Of a DNA stretch of 27,512 bases, positions 16,229 through 23,668 are shown piece after piece. Both the position numbers and the translations under genes were made by a program. Every line of letters starts with the position of its first letter. The stretch's first letter is position 1. The stretch comes from a virus. Taxonomy: Duplodnaviria > Caudoviricetes. A model generated the notes under the pieces. The model did not search any database. It worked only from the letters and a program-made list of their open reading frames with translations, and was not told the DNA's origin. The stretch is taken from the IMG/VR virus record IMGVR_UViG_3300037657_000253, positions 1 through 27,512 of that record; one strand, given 5' to 3'.

Positions 16229-16687
16229 ATGTGGCGCGAACTCACAGAGCGGGACATCCGCGACGCGCTCTCCGACCGCGAGGTCGAGAGCTACGCGCGC
16301 GCCGCCGCCGGCCCCGAATGGGATCCGGAGGCTGCGGCGCGTATCCTCGCCAAGACGGCGGACACGGTGCGCGGCTACATCGCGACGTCGCCCAGGCGCG
16401 TCGCGATGGGGCCGGACCGCACCCTGCCCGCCTCGCTGGTGGGGCCGGCGGCGGACCACGCGGCCGTCACGCTCCTGCGCCGGATACCGAAAGAGATCCG
16501 CAGGGAGCGGCTGGACGCGCGGGCCGAGGCGGTCGAGCTCTTCAAGGCCGTGGCCAAGGGCGAGATCGCCGTCGAGGACTACGCCGCGAGCGCGGACGCC
16601 GCCGGAACCGTCCGGCGCGTGTCCGCCCTCGCGGCCGGCTCGGGCCGCCAGAGGGCCGGGGCCGACCAGCTGGAGGGAACGCCGTGA
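16229..16687 (+). CDS. Head-tail adaptor (Mu gp36/DUF1320-like)
   Basis: ADTVRGYI...AVELFKAVAKGE pattern, directly after the capsid gene. Confidence 0.75.
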   Translation: MWRELTERDIRDALSDREVESYARAAAGPEWDPEAAARILAKTADTVRGYIATSPRRVAMGPDRTLPASLVGPAADHAAVTLLRRIPKEIRRERLDARAEAVELFKAVAKGEIAVEDYAASADAAGTVRRVSALAAGSGRQRAGADQLEGTP

Positions 16688-16838
16688 GGACTGCCGCCGC
16701 AACCGTGTTGCAAAGCTGTTGCATTTCGCCCAGGACGCGTCCGGCCCCCCGGAACGTATCCGAGCAACCCCCCGCGCCGTCCGCGGCGCGGCGGGGCCTT
16801 CCCGCCCGTTTTACGCCGGGCGGCTGTCAAAGGGGAAC

Positions 16839-17288
16839 ATGACCCACGAGGATATCCAGAAGGCGGTCGAGGCGCTGATCCGCTCCAAGCCGTGGTTCGG
16901 CCGGCGCGGCTACGCCCCGGTGCGCGAGTCCTCCGGCAGCCTCGACGAGGAGCTGGAGGCGGCGCTCCGCGGCGGCGAGGGCTGCGCCATCCTCGTCTCG
17001 GTCGGCGCGTTCGACCCCGAGACCTCGGACTCCGAGACGGCGGTCGGCACGCTCGAGGTCCGCTGCGCCGTGGCGGAGAACCCGCCGCTCAACCGCGCCC
17101 GGGCCGGCTGGGCGAGCGCCTCGCAGTCCGCCGAATACCTGGCGAGCTGGCTCAACCTCAAGCAGATCGGCGCGGAGACGCTCTACCGCCCGGCCGTCAG
17201 GCCCGACCACACGCCGGAGCTGCTCCGGCACACCGTGACCCTCAGACTCAACCACGCGCTGGAAGCGGCGCCCGAAGACCAGGAGTAA
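16839..17288 (+). CDS. Tail terminator/completion protein (gp37-like)
   Basis: AAGGGG RBS and ATG at 16839. 149 aa, directly upstream of the tail tube gene. Confidence 0.55.
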   Translation: MTHEDIQKAVEALIRSKPWFGRRGYAPVRESSGSLDEELEAALRGGEGCAILVSVGAFDPETSDSETAVGTLEVRCAVAENPPLNRARAGWASASQSAEYLASWLNLKQIGAETLYRPAVRPDHTPELLRHTVTLRLNHALEAAPEDQE

Positions 17289-17294
17289 ACCACC

Positions 17295-18221
17295 ATGTCA
17301 GGCATCACCCGTCAAAGCATCTACCGCGGCCCCGGCCGGCTCACGCTCGGCTCGACCGTCATCGACAACAAAGACGGCATCTCGCTCTCGCAGGAGGCCG
17401 TCACGGCGGACGTCGGGTCCGACCTCAACGCCTTTCTCGGCTCCCTCCAGACCGACCAGAAGCTCACCGTCGGGACCACGCCCTACGGGGCCCTGAGCGA
17501 GGCGCTGCTCGCCGCGCTCTACCCCGCCGCGTACCGGACCCCCGCGCCCGGCTCCAGCCTCTTCGGCGCGGCGGACGTGCCCTGCACCATCCATTCGACG
17601 GCCGGCGTGCTCGTCACCCTGTTCAGCGCCGCGCTCACCACGCTGCCGCCGCTCGTCCTCTCCGCGGTCGCCACCGCCTTCGGCCCGATGGAGATCACCG
17701 CGCTGCCCGCCAACGGCAAGCTCCCCGGCGAGACCGACGCGCTGCTCAAGGCCGCCGCGTCCGCGTTCTCCGGCTCCACGGCCCAGGCGCGGCCGCCGAC
17801 CGGCGCCAAGTACTCCGCCGCGTTCGGGTCCCTGACCTTCGCCGAGACGGTCGCCGGCTTCCGCTCCGAGTTCCCCGTTTCCACCGAGCCGGTCCCGTCG
17901 GACAACGCCGGCACGCTGGACCTGACCCTCGCGGGCGTGCGGCCGGCGTGCCGCTTCCAGCCGCTGGACCAGACCGAGGCCGCCCTCATCGCGCTGCTGG
18001 GGCTCAACCGCGCCCGCGGCTCCTCCACCGCCTCCGGAGAGGACCTCGTCATCACCGGGACCAACGGGCTGGTCCTCACGCTCTTCAACTGCGCCGTGCT
18101 GCAGGGGCCGCTCAACTGGGGCGTCGCCGCCCTGCGCGACGGCGAGCTGCTCTTCCAGGCCTCGCCCGACCCGGACACCGGCATGATCTTCGACATCGCC
18201 TACACCGATCCGGTAGCTTAG
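17295..18221 (+). CDS. Major tail tube protein with internal duplication
   Basis: AGGAG RBS, IYRGPGRLTLGS N-terminus, beta-rich with two similar halves. No sheath gene nearby. Confidence 0.65.
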   Translation: MSGITRQSIYRGPGRLTLGSTVIDNKDGISLSQEAVTADVGSDLNAFLGSLQTDQKLTVGTTPYGALSEALLAALYPAAYRTPAPGSSLFGAADVPCTIHSTAGVLVTLFSAALTTLPPLVLSAVATAFGPMEITALPANGKLPGETDALLKAAASAFSGSTAQARPPTGAKYSAAFGSLTFAETVAGFRSEFPVSTEPVPSDNAGTLDLTLAGVRPACRFQPLDQTEAALIALLGLNRARGSSTASGEDLVITGTNGLVLTLFNCAVLQGPLNWGVAALRDGELLFQASPDPDTGMIFDIAYTDPVA

Positions 18222-18233
18222 GAGGCCCGGCCG

Positions 18234-19412
18234 ATGAAGCCCACACTTCTTGCTTTTTACCTCTTGCTTCTCACTTCTCTCCGCGCCCAGGTGCCCTTCG
18301 CCTGGGAGGCGGACGCGTCGCAGGCGCGCCCCGCCCAGAAGGACGTGTACCGCGGCGAGACCGTGGCCCTGCGCCCCTCCTGGACGGGCGAGGGCGTGGA
18401 CACCAACGGCTGGACGTTCACGCTGTACTGGCAGACAAACGGCATGGGCGCCGCCTGGTGGAGCGACGCGACCAACGCCTTCTCCTGGACGCCCGAGCGC
18501 GACTGCGGGGCCGACGCCTACACGCTCTTCGTCCGGGCCGCGACCTCCAACGGAGTCAGCTACCGGGCCAACGCCCGGCTGCGCATGCTCGCCTCGCCCG
18601 GCTTCGACCCGGCCGACGCGCCCGAGCCCTCATACTATCCGGCCCTCGCCTCCGACGTCTCCCCTTACGTCTTCTCTCTTCTCGCCCCGTCCTTTGCCAC
18701 CACCCAGCAGCTTGCCGACGCCAGCAACAGCCTTGCGGGCGCCCTGCTGGAGCACGCGGCGAACCGGGTGACCCGCCTGCAGACGGATGACGGCAAGCTC
18801 TGGCAGGACGCGACCGGCGGGGTGTGGAGCGTCAGCATGGTCGTCACGGCAAGCGTGTTGCGCGTCGTGTTTTCAGACGACTTCTTTTCCGACGTTCGCG
18901 GCCCGCCGCCTCAGAGCTATTACGGCTGGTCGTCGGGCTTCATTGACGGCGTCTGGTCCGGGGAGACAGTCCTCGGGGCGCATATGATTTCGGACGGCGC
19001 GGGCGCTATGTGGCTGGGTGCGTGGCCATCCGTCGATCCTGAAATTATTTATCCGTCAACGCTGATTCCCGATGCCGCGTCGGCCCACGGGACGGCCGTT
19101 GTCGGCATGGTTGATTTGGGCTACATGGTCACTTCGCGCACCGACGGCGTGCTCTACGAGTCTATCCTCCCCGGGCTGACCAACGGCTTCGTTTCCGCCG
19201 GCCAGACGACGAACATCGCAGCCGCGGCCGCGGCACAGGCCACAGCCGGCATGCTCACCAACGGCCAGCCCAATGTGTCTCTGCCCCTTTGCGTGCTCTC
19301 GAACGCGACGCTCTCCGGCCGCACCACCCTGCCCAACTCCCAGCCGACCAACCTGGTCATGCGGCTGTTTCTCTCCAACGACGTCATCCTTACAGAGGAG
19401 GTGTTCCAATGA
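18234..19412 (+). CDS. Signal-peptide protein with BppU-like N-terminal domain; possible adsorption or fibre-like protein
   Basis: MKPTLLAFYLLLLTSLRA signal-like N-terminus, DVYRGETVALRP, Thr-Asn rich, compositionally distinct central region. Confidence 0.55.
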   Translation: MKPTLLAFYLLLLTSLRAQVPFAWEADASQARPAQKDVYRGETVALRPSWTGEGVDTNGWTFTLYWQTNGMGAAWWSDATNAFSWTPERDCGADAYTLFVRAATSNGVSYRANARLRMLASPGFDPADAPEPSYYPALASDVSPYVFSLLAPSFATTQQLADASNSLAGALLEHAANRVTRLQTDDGKLWQDATGGVWSVSMVVTASVLRVVFSDDFFSDVRGPPPQSYYGWSSGFIDGVWSGETVLGAHMISDGAGAMWLGAWPSVDPEIIYPSTLIPDAASAHGTAVVGMVDLGYMVTSRTDGVLYESILPGLTNGFVSAGQTTNIAAAAAAQATAGMLTNGQPNVSLPLCVLSNATLSGRTTLPNSQPTNLVMRLFLSNDVILTEEVFQ

Positions 19413-20134
19413 TCCGCCGCGTTCTCCCCTTTATCCTTTTGTGCTGCTGCGCCCTGGCCCGCACGAACATCGTTGTCCAGATCAGCGAGGACGGCGCTCA
19501 GACGATCCCTCCGAACGCCGTGGCGACGCCCGCGCAGGTCTTGTCAGTCGAGGCGGCGGCCGTCGCGGCCCAGACCGTCGCGGACACCGCGCTGCAGCGG
19601 GCCGGCGACTGCGAGGAAAAGGTCGGTCTCTTCTCCTCAAACTATGTCGTCACTTCGACCGTGTACGTGCAGAGCGTGGGCGCGATCATGTATGATCCGA
19701 GCAACCAGACGGTCAAGGTGCACAGTTTTACGGTGTCGGACACGAACGTCGTGATTCTCGGCACGTTCGCGCAGGAGCCGCTCCTGGTCCCCGTAATCGA
19801 CTGGCGGCAGACGCTCGGCTCCGGAGGCGCGTGGTCGAACATCGAGGCGGTCTCGGTCGCGCAGACCTCCATCCCCGAGGGCGTCACGAACGCCGCCTCC
19901 GCATACCTCTTCACCCTGCCCCGGCCGGAAGGCGGGTCAGCGGTTTTCCGCATCGTCGACAACAGCACCGGAGCTAGCGGCAGCGGATTATATTGGGTCG
20001 TTTTCGGCGCGATCGTCGTGGACGGGCACAAAGGCGCGTCGTGCGTCATCACGAACGCGGTCGGCGAGACGACCAATCTTTACCGTGTCGTCGGCGGGAT
20101 CATCGTCGAGCCGGAACCCCTGGGAGGCATGTGA
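19409..20134 (+). CDS. Secreted hypothetical protein
   Basis: ATGA overlap. MIRRVLPFILLCCCALA signal peptide and beta-rich body. Confidence 0.7.
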   Translation: MIRRVLPFILLCCCALARTNIVVQISEDGAQTIPPNAVATPAQVLSVEAAAVAAQTVADTALQRAGDCEEKVGLFSSNYVVTSTVYVQSVGAIMYDPSNQTVKVHSFTVSDTNVVILGTFAQEPLLVPVIDWRQTLGSGGAWSNIEAVSVAQTSIPEGVTNAASAYLFTLPRPEGGSAVFRIVDNSTGASGSGLYWVVFGAIVVDGHKGASCVITNAVGETTNLYRVVGGIIVEPEPLGGM

Positions 20135-20994
20135 TGGGCGCAGGGGCCATACTGGTTGTCGCGCTGTGGGCTTTCTGCCTGGCGTTCTGGGCGTGCTCGT
20201 CGGGCTTCGCGCGCGGTCTGTTCGCGGAGATCCGGCGCCTGTGGCGCTCGATGGGGGTGCCGGGCCGCGTCATCGCCATTATCGCCGTGGTCTGCTGTGT
20301 GCAGAGCGGCGGCAGCAAGGGCGTCTCGCCGGTCGCGCGGGTCATGCGCCTCTTGTACTGGGCGCCCGGCTCGCAGTGGCAGCTGCTTACGGCGCACGAA
20401 GCCGCTGTTGAGGCCGCGTCCTCCGCGTCCGCCGCGACCGGCGCGCTCGCCCGCGCCGAGACGGCCGCCACGAACATCTCCGTTTACACGATCTCGTTCG
20501 GCTGGCACGCCCCGCAGCGGCTGCCCTATCACGCGCGCCAGAACGTCCTCTCTTACACGCCGCTGGTCGTGGCCACCAACATCGATGACGTTTTGTATGA
20601 GGACCATTACGTCGCGTTTAATGCGGTGGCATCCACCAACCCGGCCGTCATTCTCATCGAATATGCGAAGCGGCTGGACAGCGGCGAGATCGAGCGCCGC
20701 AGCTCGAGCGTGGTCACATCCAGTTTTCCGGACACGGCGACGGTGCAGCTGCAGTCCGGATCTTACACGTGCTACTGGTTCCGTTGCGCCGTGCCGCCGG
20801 GGTACGCGAACGCGGTCAGAGACTGGAACGGCGAGGCCCTCTTCGGCTCCCCGGCCGGGAGCGGTGCGGGCTTCGATTTGCTCGGTACTCTCGTCGTGGA
20901 CGACGGTGACGACGTGTGGGCCGGCGCGAACACCAATATGGTGGTCGGCGCGGCGACCAACATTGTGCGCAACGGGGTTATAACGGAGGATTAA
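20134..20994 (+). CDS. Membrane-anchored hypothetical protein
   Basis: TGATG overlap. Two N-terminal hydrophobic helices ending in GGSKG, then a beta-rich domain. Confidence 0.7.
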   Translation: MGAGAILVVALWAFCLAFWACSSGFARGLFAEIRRLWRSMGVPGRVIAIIAVVCCVQSGGSKGVSPVARVMRLLYWAPGSQWQLLTAHEAAVEAASSASAATGALARAETAATNISVYTISFGWHAPQRLPYHARQNVLSYTPLVVATNIDDVLYEDHYVAFNAVASTNPAVILIEYAKRLDSGEIERRSSSVVTSSFPDTATVQLQSGSYTCYWFRCAVPPGYANAVRDWNGEALFGSPAGSGAGFDLLGTLVVDDGDDVWAGANTNMVVGAATNIVRNGVITED

Positions 20995-20995
20995 A

Positions 20996-21343
20996 ATGAA
21001 AAGTGTAAGTTTTGTCTTGGCGGCGTTCGTGTTCTTTGTCGGGTTTTTAACCGGCTGGAAGTCAGCTAAGGAAGGGTCTGTGGTCACAGTTTCCTGCGAT
21101 GACGGGTCCGCGCTCACGGAGCGCGTCGAGATGGTCCACTTCCGGACGCGCCTGCGCCATTCCGCCTGCCCGTCAAACGGTTTTTGGGAAGTTTCCGGCC
21201 GGCCCGCCGCGATCGAGGGGGACCTCTTCGACGGACGCACGCGCCACCTGTGGCCTCACAGGTGCGACCGGTGCGGGGCGACCAACACGCTCTTCGACGC
21301 GCGCTATCCGCTTGTCAAAGGGGAATGGAGGGCCGTGAAATGA
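20996..21343 (+). CDS. Membrane/exported Cys-His protein
   Basis: N-terminal TM helix, then HSAC...HRCDRCG (possible Zn site). Confidence 0.65.
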   Translation: MKSVSFVLAAFVFFVGFLTGWKSAKEGSVVTVSCDDGSALTERVEMVHFRTRLRHSACPSNGFWEVSGRPAAIEGDLFDGRTRHLWPHRCDRCGATNTLFDARYPLVKGEWRAVK

Positions 21344-21609
21344 AGGCCTCCTGGTTCAGCCTGGCCTGTTTCCTTCTGCTGGTGCTGCTCGTCATCGGCT
21401 TCTCTATCCGCGCGGCCGCCGCGCAGACCAACGGTCCCGCCGCCAAGGTTCCGGTCGAAGCGGTTAAGAGATTCGTGGAGATCGCCGGCAACAAGGTGCA
21501 CGCGCAAACCGAGAAGGGCGCAAAAAAAGAAACCCGCACGTTCCCGTGCATGTTCGATATTTGCGGCCGCTCGGCCAGAGCCCGCGCCGACCGGAAGGGC
21601 AAACAATGA
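21340..21609 (+). CDS. Small exported protein
   Basis: ATGA overlap. MKASWFSLACFLLLVLLVIGFSIRAAAA signal/TM segment. Confidence 0.65.
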   Translation: MKASWFSLACFLLLVLLVIGFSIRAAAAQTNGPAAKVPVEAVKRFVEIAGNKVHAQTEKGAKKETRTFPCMFDICGRSARARADRKGKQ

Positions 21610-22181
21610 CAAACTGCTCAATAGTTCTTTTCGGCGATTCTTACACCGCGGGACGGCTGCCCCACTCTCAGACTGACGGGGCCTTCCGCGACGCGCTCGG
21701 CGTCCCTTTGTACGCGGACTATTCCAAGAGCGGATCGACAGCCCAACAGTGGTCGATGGATATTGACGGAAGGCTTTCCTCTGTCATCAGCAGTTGCGCC
21801 GACATCGCGGTCGGCTCTCTCGGCGGCAACGATGCGTTTGAGGCGATGGCAGACGGCATAATCTCGGATACCGAGAAGATCGTGGCTCTAGCCGCCCTGT
21901 TCCATGTGCTGATGCGTCTTGCACGCAAGCCGGTCATTTTTATGATTTACCCCGACCCGTTCCACGGTTCTCGTCCAGACGCCGCTGCCGGTCATCGCCA
22001 GCTCGTTGACGCGATCGCCGCCGTCGCGAAATTCGCAAACTCGATTACGGGCAACATCACGATGCTCGATCTTTCAACCGTGCTCGGCCCGCAGCATTTC
22101 GACGGGGCAGACATACACCCCAACGTTACGGGCTATGCGTCGATGGCCAAGGCCGTTAGGCGGTTAATCGAGCGCCTGTAA
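21606..22181 (+). CDS. SGNH/GDSL hydrolase (esterase)
   Basis: All four SGNH blocks are present: FGDSYT, SGST, LGGND and DIHPN. Confidence 0.9.
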   Translation: MTNCSIVLFGDSYTAGRLPHSQTDGAFRDALGVPLYADYSKSGSTAQQWSMDIDGRLSSVISSCADIAVGSLGGNDAFEAMADGIISDTEKIVALAALFHVLMRLARKPVIFMIYPDPFHGSRPDAAAGHRQLVDAIAAVAKFANSITGNITMLDLSTVLGPQHFDGADIHPNVTGYASMAKAVRRLIERL

Positions 22182-22229
22182 TTTACCTCCGTCCCGGGTG
22201 GGCGCGGCGGGATTAAAAAAAGGAAAAAC

Positions 22230-22613
22230 ATGAAACTCAAAGTCACACTCTCACTGCTCGCCTGCGCGGCGATCGCGCTGTCGGGCTGCAACACCGTCAA
22301 CAAAGAGAACATCGACGCCGGCGCGGGCTGGGCCGATAAGTTCTACGATCAGCCCAATACCGCCTCCGTGTTGGTGATCGAAAACACCAACACCAACCAG
22401 GTCGCCGAATTCACCGCCAAAAACTTCACGCGGTTCGAGCTGAGCACGCCCGTCCCCGTCAAGTCGGTCATCCCGCGCGATCCGGAATGGTACGACGGCC
22501 TTTACGACACGCTCAAGACGGTGGCCCCTTACGCCTTCATGGGCTGGATCTTCACGGACGGCGGCTTCGGCAGCCGCACCACCTCCACCGTCAACAACAA
22601 CTACGCGCAATGA
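22230..22613 (+). CDS. Lipoprotein
   Basis: MKLKVTLSLLACAAIALSGC with lipobox LSG-C. Confidence 0.8.
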   Translation: MKLKVTLSLLACAAIALSGCNTVNKENIDAGAGWADKFYDQPNTASVLVIENTNTNQVAEFTAKNFTRFELSTPVPVKSVIPRDPEWYDGLYDTLKTVAPYAFMGWIFTDGGFGSRTTSTVNNNYAQ

Positions 22614-22744
22614 GGCCGCCCCTCCACACGTCCGCCGCTCTCGCCGCCGCGCTGGCCCTCGCGATCCTTCTGGGGCTGCACGGCTGCGGGGGCTGCGCCC
22701 TGATCGTCCCGGAAGGAGAAGCCGACTATGAAGTCGCTCCCTGA
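22610..22744 (+). CDS. Very small putative lipoprotein (44 aa)
   Basis: ATGA overlap. Hydrophobic run followed by LHGC/GGC. Confidence 0.5.
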   Translation: MRPPLHTSAALAAALALAILLGLHGCGGCALIVPEGEADYEVAP

Positions 22745-23207
22745 CCTGCCCTATGAGCGCGCGCCTCACGGCAGCGAGGACAAGTACCGGCTCACGAGGT
22801 ACGTCACCTTCCGCTGGCGCAATCCTCCCAAATGGACACGCCGTGCGCTGGCCGGAAAACCTGTCCTCTGCCCGGAAGGCTTGCTGCGCCTCTCCTCTGA
22901 TCCGGAAGGCGCACCCGTCCTGCTGCTGTCGGTTTTCGCGGGCTTCTGCTTCGCGGTGTCGGTAGCGCCGAACTTCGCCCGCGCGCTGGCCGCCGCATGC
23001 CTTCACGACTTCCTCTATAAGTATGCGGCACTGATCGCGGCCGTCTGCGGGCTCAAGGTCCGCTCGGTCCTGCATATCGCCGACCATTGGTTTTTAGCAC
23101 AGATGCGCGCCAGCGGATTCCTGCTCAAGCGCTCGTATTTCATCGGCGTCCGGATGTGCGGCTACTGGTTCAGCCGCCTCACACAAACAACCAAAGGAGA
23201 AACATGA
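22728..23207 (+). CDS. DUF1353-like protein
   Basis: GFCFAVSVAP...AACLHDFLY...ADHWF...YFIGVRMCG matches the DUF1353 pattern. Confidence 0.65.
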   Translation: MKSLPDLPYERAPHGSEDKYRLTRYVTFRWRNPPKWTRRALAGKPVLCPEGLLRLSSDPEGAPVLLLSVFAGFCFAVSVAPNFARALAAACLHDFLYKYAALIAAVCGLKVRSVLHIADHWFLAQMRASGFLLKRSYFIGVRMCGYWFSRLTQTTKGET

Positions 23208-23650
23208 AAAGACTGATGCTCATCGCGGCCCTCGCCGCGCTCGGCGTTCAGGCCGCCCGCGCGGGCTGGCTCTACGAAGACACGCTCACCGTGCAGCCCG
23301 GCGCCACCAACGCCGTGACCGACATCACGCTCAGGGGCGGCAGCATTGCGGCGACCTGGACCTCACCGCTGGATTTCGTGGCCGTGGCCAACGCCGCCGG
23401 CTCCGGGACCGGCAACGTGTCTTGGACGGAGGTCGTCCTGGGCGAGGAGTACGCGATCGCCTCCACCAACGGCATCGCTCCCGGCGCGAAAGCCGCGCTC
23501 TGGCCGAGGCGCCAGTACACGCTCAACGCGGCCACCAACGACGCCGCCTACGCCGAGACCTACCACATGCGCACGCTCCGCGTCCGCGTGTGGCAGGCGT
23601 CCACCAACTCCACTCCGACGGTCTACAACCTCGGCGCGGGAACCCGCTAG
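23204..23650 (+). CDS. Secreted hypothetical beta-rich protein
   Basis: AAGGAG RBS. MKRLMLIAALAALGVQAARA signal peptide with an AxA cleavage site. Confidence 0.75.
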   Translation: MKRLMLIAALAALGVQAARAGWLYEDTLTVQPGATNAVTDITLRGGSIAATWTSPLDFVAVANAAGSGTGNVSWTEVVLGEEYAIASTNGIAPGAKAALWPRRQYTLNAATNDAAYAETYHMRTLRVRVWQASTNSTPTVYNLGAGTR

Positions 23651-23668
23651 AGGAGGCCGGGACGGCTC

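Noticed and set aside
22230-22744. Spanin pair or holin assignment for the lipoproteins
   Set aside because: There is no adjacent coiled-coil i-spanin or recognisable endolysin, so the evidence is insufficient.
18234-23650. Diversity-generating retroelement or invertible G-segment
   Set aside because: I found no reverse transcriptase, template/variable repeat pair, invertase or flanking inverted sites in the window.
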